From positions 516,951-580,950 of the forward strand of contig JACOST010000028.1 in NCBI GenBank assembly GCA_016178705.1: DNA of 64,000 bases, written 5' to 3'. The position numbers were made by a program, and so were the translations under genes. Positions 1-9,938 of this stretch are shown one piece after another. Positions within the stretch are counted from its first letter, which is position 1; each line of letters begins with the position of its first letter. The stretch is from Deltaproteobacteria bacterium (lineage in GTDB: Bacteria > Desulfobacterota > Binatia > HRBIN30 > JACQVA1). The notes under the pieces were generated by a model that ran no database searches, had not been told where the DNA came from, and saw only the letters and a program-made list of their open reading frames with translations.

Positions 1-881
1 GTCGCCGCCACTTCGTAAGCTTCTTCCACCGTTGCCGTGCGACGCATACCGGCCTGGCGCGCGACGCCGTCGAACACGCGTTCATCCGACGCCAACGCGC
101 CGGTGTGACTCGATGCCGCGCGTTGGCCGAAGCCGGTCGTGCCGCCCTTGAGCACGACGAGCGGTTTGCGCCGCGTGAACGCCGTCGCGCGTTGCACGAG
201 ATCACGCCCATCACGCACGCCCTCCAAGTATGCGAGCCCGACGGTGGTGTCGGGATCGGCGGCGAAGTACTCCAGGTAGTCGGCGATGCCGACCGCCGCC
301 GCATTGCCGGCGGAGATACCCTTGCTGAATCCGACGCCGGTGAGTTCGCCGTAGTTCATGAAAGACGAAAGGATGTTGCCGCTCTGACTCACCGCGGAAA
401 TGCGTCCCGGTGGCGGATACGGCGGGACGATCTGCGCGCACATCTGGGCACCGGTGGAGATCAGTCCCTGTCCGTTCGGACCAGCGAGCAGGATGCCCAA
501 CTCCTTGGCGACGCGCGCCAACTCGTGTTCGGCGGCGGCGCCGTCAGCGCCCGCTTCGGCGTAGCCGCCCGAGACCACGAACGCGGCGCGCACGCCGATC
601 TGCGCGCAGGCGCGCAACACGTCGAGATTGGCGGCAGCCGGCGTACAGATGAACGCAAGATCAGCGCGACCGGCCGGGATCGCGGTGATGTCGCGGAAGG
701 TTGATCGATCCAGCACGGTGCTGCCGTCGCGATTGACCGGAAACAATTCGCCGGTGAACCCGTGGCAGAGGAGATTGTGCAGCGCGGCGAAGCCGAACTT
801 GCCCGGGTGCGTCGACACCCCGGGGATCACGATGCCGCGCGGATAGAAGAGCGGACGGTAGCGCTCGACCAGATCGGACAT
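1..881 (-). CDS. NDP-forming acyl-CoA synthetase, CoA-binding/ligase-CoA domain protein (C-terminus runs off window start)
   Basis: Minus-strand frame starting ATG at 879-881 (overlaps stop of upstream gene: TGATG). Reads MSDLVERYRPLFYPRGIVIPGVSTHPGKFGFAALHNLL...AFVVSGGYAEAG, a typical CoA-binding (succinyl-CoA synthetase alpha-like) fold. Not in ORF track because no stop lies in the window. Confidence 0.6.
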   Translation of the reverse strand, partial: MSDLVERYRPLFYPRGIVIPGVSTHPGKFGFAALHNLLCHGFTGELFPVNRDGSTVLDRSTFRDITAIPAGRADLAFICTPAAANLDVLRACAQIGVRAAFVVSGGYAEAGADGAAAEHELARVAKELGILLAGPNGQGLISTGAQMCAQIVPPYPPPGRISAVSQSGNILSSFMNYGELTGVGFSKGISAGNAAAVGIADYLEYFAADPDTTVGLAYLEGVRDGRDLVQRATAFTRRKPLVVLKGGTTGFGQRAASSHTGALASDERVFDGVARQAGMRRTATVEEAYEVAA

Positions 882-1537
882 CAGTCGGCGACCTCCATCA
901 GCGCGTCGACGGCGATCGGGCTGGCACCCCGCACGATGAGAGGATTGATGTCGAGCGAGCGCACGGCATCCCGTTCGAGGCCGATGCGGCCGACCGCGAT
1001 CAGCACCTGAGCCAGCGCGTCGCGATCGATGCTGGGTTCGCCGCGGAAGGCTCCGAGCAGATGTGCGGCTTGCAGATCGCCGACCATGTCGTCGGCGTCG
1101 GCGCGCGAGAGCGGGGCCATGCGGAATACCACGTCGCGCATCGCTTCGGCGAGAATGCCGCCGAGCCCGAGCATCACGCAGGGACCGAACTGCGGATCAC
1201 GGATCAACCCGACGATGATCTCGCGCCGTCCGTGTACCATCGCCTGCACCAACAACTGCGCGTCGCCATCAGCCGGCTGCTTCTTCGCCAACAGTTCTGT
1301 GGCCGCAGCGCGCACCATGCCAGCGTCTATCAAATTGAGTCGGACGAGATCGCGCTCGGTCTTGTGTGCGATGGCACGACCGCACAGTTTGAGCACCACC
1401 GGAAAGCCGAGCTGCGTAGCCGCCGCGACCGCCCGATCGGGATCCGTCGCCAAATGTTCGGGCGTGGTGGCGATGCCGTACTCGCGCAGCAGTTGCTTCG
1501 ATTCGAACTCAGAGAGCGTGTGACTCATGCGCGACAA
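881..1537 (-). CDS. acetate--CoA ligase (ADP-forming) family, ATP-grasp domain subunit
   Basis: 218-aa ORF with ATP-grasp features (EFESKQLLREYGI...GFPVVLK...DINPLIV). Translationally coupled to the CoA-binding ORF downstream. Confidence 0.7.
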   Translation of the reverse strand: MSRMSHTLSEFESKQLLREYGIATTPEHLATDPDRAVAAATQLGFPVVLKLCGRAIAHKTERDLVRLNLIDAGMVRAAATELLAKKQPADGDAQLLVQAMVHGRREIIVGLIRDPQFGPCVMLGLGGILAEAMRDVVFRMAPLSRADADDMVGDLQAAHLLGAFRGEPSIDRDALAQVLIAVGRIGLERDAVRSLDINPLIVRGASPIAVDALMEVAD

Positions 1538-1785
1538 CCATTAGGGGAGCGATTCGCGAATTACAAGTTACGGAGAGCCGCAGCGAGCGAGTGATTGGGC
1601 GTGATAGCCTGATGCCGTTCGATACCCGGTGTGGTGGAGGGCGGCCTACGACGGTAGTTCCTTGAAGCCGTAATGCATTCGGGTGTATGAGGCGCGCATA
1701 CATGCCCGCGAAGTTTGGTGAGGGTTGCCGCTTCGTTGTTACGCCTCGTTCAAACTCGTCATGCATGACATGAGAGGAGGCCATC

Positions 1786-2262
1786 ATGAGCATACTTACA
1801 GACGACATGAAGCGCGTCGTGCGCCAACAGCGCCTCGCCTTCGTTGCGACCGTCTGTCCCGACAACACGCCCAACGTTTCGCCGAAGGGCTGCATCGCTG
1901 TCTGGGGTGACGATCATCTCGTGTTCGCGAACATTCGATCGCCTCGCACCATTTCCAATCTTCGGCACAACCCCGCGATCGAGATCAACGTTATCGATCC
2001 CTTCGTTCGCAAGGGTTATCGCTTCAAGGGTACTGCAACGGTCGTGGAAGCTGGCGCGAGGTACGAGGAGATCACAGCTTTCTTCCGGGCACGGGGGGTT
2101 CAAAGCCCCATCTTAGAAGTGGTGGTCGTTACGGTCGAGCGTGCAACTCCCGTGACGTCGCCAGCCTACGATCGCGGGGTCTCAGAAGCGGAAACCCGCG
2201 CGCGGTGGGAGCGCCATCACGAGGCGGTCAAGCGGGGTACGGAGGAGTCTACTGGTGAGTAG
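1786..2262 (+). CDS. pyridoxamine 5'-phosphate oxidase-like FMN-binding protein
   Basis: 158 aa. N-terminal PPOX split-barrel signature (RLAFVATVCPDNTPNVSPKG...HLVF). RBS-like GAGGAGG upstream. Confidence 0.65.
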   Translation: MSILTDDMKRVVRQQRLAFVATVCPDNTPNVSPKGCIAVWGDDHLVFANIRSPRTISNLRHNPAIEINVIDPFVRKGYRFKGTATVVEAGARYEEITAFFRARGVQSPILEVVVVTVERATPVTSPAYDRGVSEAETRARWERHHEAVKRGTEESTGE

Positions 2263-2305
2263 GCGGTGAGCGGCTCGGTTGTTGGGCGTCGGAGAAGGAG
2301 GCAGC

Positions 2306-2935
2306 ATGCAGTCACCCGACTCGCGCTTCGACATTGGCAGCGAATCAGATCTGGTGCGTCTGTTCGACCCTCCGAAGGAGGCATCGCTCGTCAAGGAGTT
2401 CGACCACGTCGATGCCAACTATGCGGCCTGGATCGCGGCCTCCCCGTTTTTCGTGTTGTGCACCGCAGGGGACACTGGGCTCGATGCCTCGCCGCGCGGG
2501 GACGCGGCCGGCTTCGTAGAGGTCATGGATTCGAAGACCCTGCTGATTCCCGACCGCCGCGGCAACAATCGCATCGATAGCCTGCGCAATCTGATGGTGG
2601 ATCCGCGCGTCGCGCTCCTGTTTCTGATTCCGGGTATGGGTGAAACCTTGCGCGTGAACGGTCGTGCACGAGTCAATGCCGATCCGGCCACGCTGTCCCG
2701 CTTCCAGGTTCGGGGAGTCGAACCCAAACTCATCCTCGTGGTGACCGTCGACGCGGCCTACTTCCAGTGCTCGCGCGCCGTGGTGCGCAGTGACCTCTGG
2801 AACGTTGAGCGTCACGTGGCGCGCGGAAATCTGCCCACACCTGGCAAGGTCCTCAACGACGCGACGGCTGGCAGGATTGACGGTGGCGTGTACGACCGGG
2901 AGCTACCTGCACGCATCAAGTCCACGCTCTACTGA
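2306..2935 (+). CDS. PPOX-class (pyridoxamine 5'-phosphate oxidase family) flavoprotein
   Basis: ORF 2279-2935. Start chosen at ATG 2306, preceded by GGAGAAGGAGG. PPOX-like motifs (PFFVLCTAGDTGLDASPRGD...TLLIPDRRGNN). Confidence 0.65.
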   Translation: MQSPDSRFDIGSESDLVRLFDPPKEASLVKEFDHVDANYAAWIAASPFFVLCTAGDTGLDASPRGDAAGFVEVMDSKTLLIPDRRGNNRIDSLRNLMVDPRVALLFLIPGMGETLRVNGRARVNADPATLSRFQVRGVEPKLILVVTVDAAYFQCSRAVVRSDLWNVERHVARGNLPTPGKVLNDATAGRIDGGVYDRELPARIKSTLY

Positions 2936-2997
2936 GGTGTTGGCATCGATCTCAGCGAGATGCCCATGCTCCCACCCGGGCCCAACGGCTCAACTCC

Positions 2998-3651
2998 TTG
3001 GGACGGACCAGTGAGGATGGGGTCGTGAGTTGGGAGCACCTTCGCTTCTCCTACGACCTCGTGGCGACGAAGTACGAGGAGCGGTTTCGTGACGAGCTTC
3101 AGGGCAAACCGCGCGACCGAGAGCTGCTCGAGTCGTTTGCGGCAGCGGTCGGCGACCCGATCGTGGAGATCGGATGCGGGCCTGGCCAAGTCGGCGTGTT
3201 TGTCCGAGAACGGGGTCGACGCGTCGTTGGGCTCGACCTCAGCCACGAGATGGCAAAGCTCGCGAGCCGCCGGCTGAACGGGGCGGTTACTGCAGACATG
3301 CGCGCACTTCCGCTACGCATGGGTGCGGTCGGCGGCATCCTCGCGTTCTATTCCCTTATCCACCTTCGTCGGCTGGAGCTGGAATCGGTGCTGCGGGCGT
3401 TCCACCGAGTTCTGCGGCCAGCCGGGAGGATACTGCTCTCAGCTCACGAGGGCCAGGGCGAAGTTGGAGTCGCTGAGTTCCTCGGGGAACCTGCACCCGT
3501 CGCCGCCACGCTCTTTGAGCTCGCAGAGCTGACTAAATCCGCCATAGCCGCCGGGTTCGACATCATCCGCGCGGAGCGGCGCGAGCCATATCCGTCAGAG
3601 GGCCAGACAGTTCGCCTCTACGTCGAGGGGCGGCGACGGGGCGTCACCTGA
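2998..3651 (+). CDS. class I SAM-dependent methyltransferase
   Basis: Motif I VEIGCGPGQVG and post-I acidic residue (VVGLDLS). 217 aa. Confidence 0.7.
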   Translation: MGRTSEDGVVSWEHLRFSYDLVATKYEERFRDELQGKPRDRELLESFAAAVGDPIVEIGCGPGQVGVFVRERGRRVVGLDLSHEMAKLASRRLNGAVTADMRALPLRMGAVGGILAFYSLIHLRRLELESVLRAFHRVLRPAGRILLSAHEGQGEVGVAEFLGEPAPVAATLFELAELTKSAIAAGFDIIRAERREPYPSEGQTVRLYVEGRRRGVT

Positions 3652-3802
3652 CGCCCGGTTGAGGGCCAGATGACCTACCTGCCGAACACGGCGCGGCGCA
3701 CCACGGGCAGGGCCTTCGAAGTGAGTCACTACTCGAAAGGCGGAATCGATGAATAGCGGAATTGGTTGCGAGCGATGCCAGCCTTTGCTACCCTCCGCGA
3801 CA

Positions 3803-4492
3803 ATGCGCCTGAACCAGGCTTGGCTGGCGACGCGTCAACGCATCGCGTTCGCCGTCACACTCTGCGCCCTCACTTTGACCTTGCGACCGATGACGGTTGC
3901 CGCCCAACGGGCGGCGGAGGCGAAGTATGTCGATCCGGCGCGGGCTGCCGAACTCGCGCAACGCTCGATTGTTCTGATGAAGCAAGGCGAAGACGCCTAT
4001 GATCCGGCGCAGAAGGAGCAACTCTACCGCGAGGGCTATGATCTGGCTCAGCAAGCGGTGGCGGCCGACGACTCGAATGCGGATGCTCACTTCGCGCTGT
4101 TTGCGACGATGGGTCGCGTGATGTTGGCCGACGGGGTGACGCTCAACCCATTCAGCCTGGTGCGCGTGAATCGCGAGTTGGAACGCGCCCTCGAACTCAA
4201 TCCGCAACACTCCGACGCGCTCGCGGCGAAGGGCGGCCTCTATCGCCAACTCCCGCGGCTGCTCGGCGGGAATCTCAGCAAGGCCGAGCAATACTTGCAG
4301 CGATCGATCGAGCTGGACCCGAATGCGGTCGGCGCGCGCATCGAGCTGGCGTTGACCTATCAAGAGATGGGCGAGGCTGAGAAAGCCGTCGAGCCGCTGA
4401 AGCTCGCCGCGGCGATCGCGGAGCAGCAGGGCAAAACGCGTCAGTTGTACGAAGCTCGCGAGTTGCTGAGCACGATCCAACCGAAGAACTAA
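3803..4492 (+). CDS. TPR-repeat secreted protein
   Basis: Signal-peptide-like N-terminus from internal ATG (MRLNQAWLATRQRIAFAVTLCALTLTL), followed by TPR-like helical repeats. Confidence 0.5.
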   Translation: MRLNQAWLATRQRIAFAVTLCALTLTLRPMTVAAQRAAEAKYVDPARAAELAQRSIVLMKQGEDAYDPAQKEQLYREGYDLAQQAVAADDSNADAHFALFATMGRVMLADGVTLNPFSLVRVNRELERALELNPQHSDALAAKGGLYRQLPRLLGGNLSKAEQYLQRSIELDPNAVGARIELALTYQEMGEAEKAVEPLKLAAAIAEQQGKTRQLYEARELLSTIQPKN

Positions 4493-4520
4493 AGGCGCCC
4501 CGTCGCCGGCACGTCGCCGG

Positions 4521-4859
4521 TCACTTGGGTGTAAACGTTTTCAAATAAGCAAGCAAGTTTTCGATGTCGTCCGACGACAGCGAGGTACCGAACGGTACCA
4601 TCGGCGTGCCGGGCTTGCCGTTCTTGATCGCGTTCTTCACTTGCTCGTCGTTGGAGGTCTTCCAGTAGTCCGTGGACGTGAAGTTCGACGGCGGCGGCTT
4701 GAGCGCGGCACCGACCGGACCCTCGCCCTTGCCGGTGGCGCCGTGACAGAACGCGCAGCGGCCTGTGTACAGTGCCTTGCCCTTGTCGACATCGCCGGCT
4801 TGGGCCACAGCGACCACGCATAGGAGCCCACCGATCGCCATCAGTATCCGTTGTCTCAC
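4521..4859 (-). CDS. class I c-type cytochrome (mono-heme)
   Basis: Signal peptide plus heme-binding CAFCH (CxxCH) and distal Met. 112 aa. Confidence 0.8.
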   Translation of the reverse strand: MRQRILMAIGGLLCVVAVAQAGDVDKGKALYTGRCAFCHGATGKGEGPVGAALKPPPSNFTSTDYWKTSNDEQVKNAIKNGKPGTPMVPFGTSLSSDDIENLLAYLKTFTPK

Positions 4860-4987
4860 AGTACGTTCCTCCGGAGCGGCGCATAGAATCGTATCGCCTT
4901 GAGCAGGTCAAGCCGAACGCGAGTATTGCGAGCGGCGAGCAGCGGAGCACCAAGCATTGGGCGCTCGTGATGTGCTAGGGTGCCGCG

Positions 4988-5761
4988 ATGCACAGCGCGG
5001 TTGCGGAAGGTGTGGCGGTCTTTGCGGCCGCGTTCGTCGCCGGCATGATCAACTCTGTGGCGGGTGGCGGAACGCTGATCACCTTCCCAACGCTAGTGTG
5101 GCTCGGACGCGATCCGATCATCGCCAACGTCACCAGCACCGTTGCGTTGTGGCCGGGCTCGCTCGGCGGGATGTTGGGATTCCGCCGCGAGCTGGGCGAC
5201 AGCCGTCGCTGGATGCTGCTGCTCGCGGGGCCGTCGATCGCCGGCGGATTGCTGGGGGCGTTCTTGTTGTTGCGCACGCCGTCGCGGACGTTTGCGGCGA
5301 TCGTGCCGTACCTGATTCTGTTTGCCACTATCTTGTTCGCCGTCCAAGAACCGCTGGCGCGCTGGCTGCGGCGGAACGAGGAAGCGCCAGGCGGGCAGCG
5401 TGACGACTGGTGGTTGGGCATCGCAGCGTTTCAGTTTCTGGTCGCGGTGTACGGCGGCTACTTCGGCGCCGGTATCGGCATTCTGATGCTGGCGGCGCTC
5501 GGCCTGCTCGGGCTCAGTGACATTCATCAGATGAACGGGCTGAAGAATTTCTGCGCGGTATGCATCAATCTGGTCGCGGCGGGCTACTTCATGTTGTGGG
5601 GGCCGGTGAATTGGCTCGACGCGATGGTGATGGGCGCCGGAGCGATCACTGGCGGCTTCGGTGGCGCAGGCTTGGCGCGCCGATTGGGACGTGAGTTCGT
5701 GCGCCACGTCGTCGTGGTGATCGGTTTCGCGATGGCGATCTCGCTGTTCTTGCGGGGCTAG
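4988..5761 (+). CDS. TauE/SafE family sulfite exporter-like membrane protein
   Basis: Polytopic membrane protein with duplicated glycine-rich helices (MINSVAGGGTLITFP...GYFGAGIGILM), typical of TauE/SafE (DUF81). Confidence 0.8.
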   Translation: MHSAVAEGVAVFAAAFVAGMINSVAGGGTLITFPTLVWLGRDPIIANVTSTVALWPGSLGGMLGFRRELGDSRRWMLLLAGPSIAGGLLGAFLLLRTPSRTFAAIVPYLILFATILFAVQEPLARWLRRNEEAPGGQRDDWWLGIAAFQFLVAVYGGYFGAGIGILMLAALGLLGLSDIHQMNGLKNFCAVCINLVAAGYFMLWGPVNWLDAMVMGAGAITGGFGGAGLARRLGREFVRHVVVVIGFAMAISLFLRG

Positions 5762-5786
5762 GCGTCTTCCCATATTGGCTGCCGGC

Positions 5787-8700
5787 ATGTCGCGGGTTCG
5801 GGCACAGACGGTTGCGGCGCTGCTGTTCGGCTCCGGGTTTTGCGCACTGATCTACGAAGTCGCGTGGTTGCGCCTGCTGCGGTTGGTGTTCGGCGCATCG
5901 ACTGCGGCGAACGCTGCGGTGCTGGCGATCTTCCTCGGCGGGCTGGGATTCGGTGGATGGTGGCTCGGGCGGCGGGCGGACGCCGCACGCAATCCGCTCG
6001 CGTTCTATGCGCGCCTGGAGTTTGGGGTGGCGGTGGCGGCGGCGGCGAGTCCGCTGCTGGTCATGCTGGTGCGCTCGCTCTATCTCGCCCTCGGCGGAAC
6101 CGCCGCGCTCGGCACAACCGGCGGCACCTTGCTGCGACTAGGGTTGTCGACGCTGGTGCTGGGTTTTCCCACCGTACTCATGGGCGGAACACTGCCGGCC
6201 GCTGTGCGTGCGGTTGAGCGCCGCGCCGACGCCGGCCGGCGCCAGATGGGTCTGATCTACGGCGCCAACACGCTCGGCGCCGTGGCGGGCAGCTTGTGCG
6301 CGAGTTTTTTATGCCTTGAGACGGTCGGCACCAATCGCACCGTCTGGCTGGCGAGCGTGATCAATCTGATGGTGGCGTTGCTGGCGTCCGGCATCGCGCG
6401 CCGCGTCGTGGTGGTGACGGATGAGGATTCCGTCGAGTCGCGCTTGCCCGCCGTCTCATCCGCACCGGTGGCGTTGATCTGGATGGCGGCCGCGGTGGTT
6501 GGCTTCGCGTTCCTGCTGATGGAGCTGGTGTGGTACCGCATGCTGGCACCGCTGCTCGGCGGGTCGTCGTATACATTCGGATTGATTCTGGCGGTGGCGC
6601 TGCTCGGCATCGGTGTCGGCAGCGTCCTGTACGCGGTCGGCGCACAACAACGCCGGCCGACGTTGATGACATTCGCCGCGAGCTGCGCGCTCGAAGCCTT
6701 GTGCATCGCCCTGCCTTACGCAGCGGGCGATCGAATCGCCGTGGCGGCGATGGTGATGCGCCCGCTGGGTTTCATCGGCTTCCTGCCTTTGGTCGGCACG
6801 TGGCTGGCGATCTCGCTGGTGGTGGTGTTTCCGGCCGCGGTCGTGTCGGGGTATCAGTTCCCGCTCTTGGTTGGATTGCTCGGAGCGGGTGACCAACGCG
6901 TGGGCCGCGAGGTCGGCCAAGCGTACGCATGGAACACGGTCGGCGCGATCGTCGGCTCATTGGCGGGAGGCTTTGGCTTGCTACCGCTGCTGTCGGCCCC
7001 GGGCGTGTGGCGGCTCGTCGTGTACTTGCTGATCGGGTTGGCCGTGATCAGTGTGGCGCGGGCGCTGCGCGACGCCGCTAGTCGGAGTCGCGCCTTGACG
7101 CCGTTGCTAGTCGCGGCGGTGAGCGTATTGTTGTGCCGCGCGGAGGGGCCCACCGCGTTTTGGCGTCACTCCCCGATCGGCGCCGGGCGGCTGCACATGT
7201 CGATCGATGCACCAAACGACTTGCAGCGTCTCTTCAACGAGCGGCGACGTCCGATCATTTGGGAAGCCGATGGCGTCGAAAGCACCGTCGGGCTCGACCG
7301 GTCGAATGCCTACGCATTCATCGTCCACGGCAAATCCGACGGCAACGCGATCGCTGACGCACCGACGCAGGTGATGTCGGGGCTCATCGGCGCGCTGCTT
7401 CACCTCGAGCCCAAGCGCGTTTTGGTGATTGGCCTCGGCACTGGCAGCACCGCCGGTTGGTTGGCGCAGGTACCGTCGGTCGAACGGGTCGATGTGGTCG
7501 AGCTGGAGCCGGCGATTTTGCACGTCGCCGAAGTCTGCAGTCCGGTGAATCAGAATGTGCTCGCGAATCCGAAGGTGCATATCGTCATCGGCGACGGCCG
7601 CGAGTTCTTGCTAACCACGAGCGAGCGCTATGACATCATCTTTTCCGAGCCGTCCAATCCGTATCGCGCGGGTGTGGCCAGTCTGTTCACGCATGAGTTC
7701 TACGACGCGGTGCGCGCGCGGCTGACCGAGGCCGGGGTGTTCGTGCAATGGGTCCAGGCCTATGAGGTTGGTGCGTCCACGCTCCGCAGTGTGTATGCAA
7801 CGGTCGGCCGCACGTTCCCGGCGGTGGAAACCTGGGAAGTGAATCGCAACCACGATCTCGTCCTGACGGCGCGCCAACGGGTGAGCCCGCACGACGTGGC
7901 GCAACTACGTGCGCTCGTCGCCACTGAGCCGTATCGCAGCGCGCTGCAACTTGTCTGGGGTGTTACGGGCGTGGAAGGATTTTATAGCCGGTACCTCGGC
8001 AACGCAGGATTCGGTGAGGCGCTGGCGCACGCCGACGATGGCCGGATCAATACCGATGATCGGACCCTGATCGAGTTCGAGTTTGCCCGCACCGTGGGCC
8101 GCGAAGGTCTGTTGAACGTGGACGATTTGCGCGCGCTGGCGGTGGCGCATGGAAATCACCGGCCGCCGATCCAAGGCGGCGCGATCGATTGGAACTTGGC
8201 GGATGAGTTGCGCAGCTTGCGCGCGGCGACCGAAGCGTCGGTTCCAGAAACCGTCCCTTCGCCGGATGCCGCGTTGAACGAGCGACTGCGCGCGCGTCAG
8301 GCCTATGCGAGCGGAAATATCAATGAGGCGCGGTTGCACTGGCAGGCGCAGACCGAAGGACCGAAAGGGCCGCGCGACATCACCATGCTGGCGGAGATGT
8401 ATACGGTGGCGGGTGATGCCCGGGCGCTGGAGTACATCGATGCGCTCCAGTCGCTGTTCCCGCCGGAGGCCGAAGCGTTGCTGGCGCAGTGGCATCACCG
8501 CGCCGGCGAGGTGGACAGTGCGGCGGCGCATCTGCTCGCCGCATTCTCCGCTTACCGCGAGTTCCCGTGGGCGCATCCGATCGTCCTGAACCATGCGCTC
8601 GCGCTGGCGTGGACGATCGCGACTCAGCGGCCGCAGTGGGCGGGCGAACTCTTCACTGCGCTCGCGGAGCCCTTTGCGGTGCGGGTCCTCGACGAAGCGC

Positions 8701-8936
8701 GCATGCACGCCTACGCCGATATTGGGCTGATGACCGACTTCGACGGCAAGTGCATCGCGGCATTGGCGCCGTTCGAGCCGCATACGATTTGGGATCGTCG
8801 GTTCCTCGAAGAGCGCGCTCGCTGTTACGACACACACCACCATCCACTGGCTGAGCGCGCGCGGCGTGAGCTCGCCACCTACCTCGCGAACGCACCGGGC
8901 CGGATCGATCAGGGGCTGACCCCGGCGCAGCCGTAG
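5787..8936 (+). CDS. fused membrane (MFS-like) domain / spermidine synthase-like aminopropyltransferase domain / C-terminal TPR-like protein
   Basis: About 1050 aa. N-terminal ~480 aa multi-TM region. Central spermidine-synthase fold (VLVIGLGTGSTAGWL...DIIFSEPSNPYRAGVASLFTHEFY). C-terminal helical repeats. Start ATG 5787 (alternative 5775). Confidence 0.7.
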   Translation: MSRVRAQTVAALLFGSGFCALIYEVAWLRLLRLVFGASTAANAAVLAIFLGGLGFGGWWLGRRADAARNPLAFYARLEFGVAVAAAASPLLVMLVRSLYLALGGTAALGTTGGTLLRLGLSTLVLGFPTVLMGGTLPAAVRAVERRADAGRRQMGLIYGANTLGAVAGSLCASFLCLETVGTNRTVWLASVINLMVALLASGIARRVVVVTDEDSVESRLPAVSSAPVALIWMAAAVVGFAFLLMELVWYRMLAPLLGGSSYTFGLILAVALLGIGVGSVLYAVGAQQRRPTLMTFAASCALEALCIALPYAAGDRIAVAAMVMRPLGFIGFLPLVGTWLAISLVVVFPAAVVSGYQFPLLVGLLGAGDQRVGREVGQAYAWNTVGAIVGSLAGGFGLLPLLSAPGVWRLVVYLLIGLAVISVARALRDAASRSRALTPLLVAAVSVLLCRAEGPTAFWRHSPIGAGRLHMSIDAPNDLQRLFNERRRPIIWEADGVESTVGLDRSNAYAFIVHGKSDGNAIADAPTQVMSGLIGALLHLEPKRVLVIGLGTGSTAGWLAQVPSVERVDVVELEPAILHVAEVCSPVNQNVLANPKVHIVIGDGREFLLTTSERYDIIFSEPSNPYRAGVASLFTHEFYDAVRARLTEAGVFVQWVQAYEVGASTLRSVYATVGRTFPAVETWEVNRNHDLVLTARQRVSPHDVAQLRALVATEPYRSALQLVWGVTGVEGFYSRYLGNAGFGEALAHADDGRINTDDRTLIEFEFARTVGREGLLNVDDLRALAVAHGNHRPPIQGGAIDWNLADELRSLRAATEASVPETVPSPDAALNERLRARQAYASGNINEARLHWQAQTEGPKGPRDITMLAEMYTVAGDARALEYIDALQSLFPPEAEALLAQWHHRAGEVDSAAAHLLAAFSAYREFPWAHPIVLNHALALAWTIATQRPQWAGELFTALAEPFAVRVLDEARMHAYADIGLMTDFDGKCIAALAPFEPHTIWDRRFLEERARCYDTHHHPLAERARRELATYLANAPGRIDQGLTPAQP

Positions 8937-8978
8937 CGATTGTGTGGTGACGGGATGTTGAGGCAGGCAACCGCGCGG

Positions 8979-9797
8979 TCACGACACGGCGCGAGGTTTG
9001 TAGATCGCGGTGTGTCGAATGTGTTGGACGACGTGGTCGGGATCGGCAACCACCAGGATGTCGAGGACCACGAATTCGTGACCCTTGCGCTCGAAACACT
9101 CGGCGACCCGGGTGCGCAGACTGATGGTCTGGCCGTAGCGCGCGAGAGAATAGTGTGTGACCTCGCTGGCGGTATGGATCCACGGGCCGAGCACGACGTT
9201 GCGGGCAAGAACTCGATTGGCGAGTGCAAGCAACAGGGCAGGGTGAGCGATCCCGTCGGCGCCGCGGTACAGCGGCAAGTCATCACCGACGGCATCGACG
9301 AAGGCGATGGCCTTGCGTGCATCGAGACGCAACCCGAGCGTGCCGAGCACGGTGCCCGCGGCCAGTGCTGACGCGGCCGCGGGCGGACGCATGACCGGCA
9401 GCGGCGCGATTGGGTAGTTCGCCACGTCGGGTTCTGCGCTCGGCGACGACGTGCGGGCGCTGCCCCGCGCGCAAACGACTCCGTCGGGTCGTTGCACCGT
9501 CAGCTCGATGTGGTCGTTGGTGTTGTGCGCAACGACGGTGATCTCTTCGCCGTCGTAACACGGTTGCATGAAGCGGCCGCTCGCGCCTCCGCGCGCCAGC
9601 CACTGGGCGCCCAAGCGCGCGACGACCGGGCGAGTGAGGTACCCGAACACCGCGATGCCCGGCACCAGCCCGCCGGCGAAACCGTACTGGCGCGCAACGG
9701 TGTCGTCGTGGATCTTGTTGTCCGAGTCGGACGCGATATTGCGCGCCAGCACTCGATAGGTGCCGAACGGTTCAGCCGATGGGGAGTGACCGCTCAC
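8979..9797 (-). CDS. MaoC-like (R-specific enoyl-CoA hydratase-type) double hot-dog fold protein
   Basis: MaoC dehydratase motif NKIHDDTVARQYGFAGGLVPG. 272 aa, GTG start. Last gene of the minus-strand CoA operon. Confidence 0.6.
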   Translation of the reverse strand: MSGHSPSAEPFGTYRVLARNIASDSDNKIHDDTVARQYGFAGGLVPGIAVFGYLTRPVVARLGAQWLARGGASGRFMQPCYDGEEITVVAHNTNDHIELTVQRPDGVVCARGSARTSSPSAEPDVANYPIAPLPVMRPPAAASALAAGTVLGTLGLRLDARKAIAFVDAVGDDLPLYRGADGIAHPALLLALANRVLARNVVLGPWIHTASEVTHYSLARYGQTISLRTRVAECFERKGHEFVVLDILVVADPDHVVQHIRHTAIYKPRAVS

Positions 9798-9800
9798 GGG

Positions 9801-9920
9801 TTACTTCTTCTGCTCCATCTCTTGCCCGCAGCATTTGATTGAGCCGGTGCCGGCTTTGGTGACGATGACCTGCGAGCCGCACTTGCCGCAGATGTACATT
9901 TTGCCGAGTTGGTTTGCCAT
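9801..9920 (-). CDS. desulforedoxin-like Fe(Cys)4 / zinc-ribbon small protein (39 aa)
   Basis: Not in ORF track (<60 aa). Minus-strand ATG 9920-9918 to TAA 9803-9801 encodes MANQLGKMYICGKCGSQVIVTKAGTGSIKCCGQEMEQKK. It matches the desulforedoxin signature Y-x-C-x-x-C-G-x-x-V-x-V-...G-x-G-...-C-C-G-x-x-M. Sits 4 nt after the hot-dog gene start and 19 nt after the crotonase stop. Confidence 0.6.
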   Translation of the reverse strand: MANQLGKMYICGKCGSQVIVTKAGTGSIKCCGQEMEQKK

Positions 9921-9938
9921 TGCTCTCTCTCTGCTCGA

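Noticed and set aside
7905-8843. 312-aa minus-strand ORF inside the 5787-8936 gene
   Set aside because: Antisense to a well-supported coding region with recognisable domains. Arg/Pro/Ala-rich low-complexity translation, typical of a high-GC shadow ORF.
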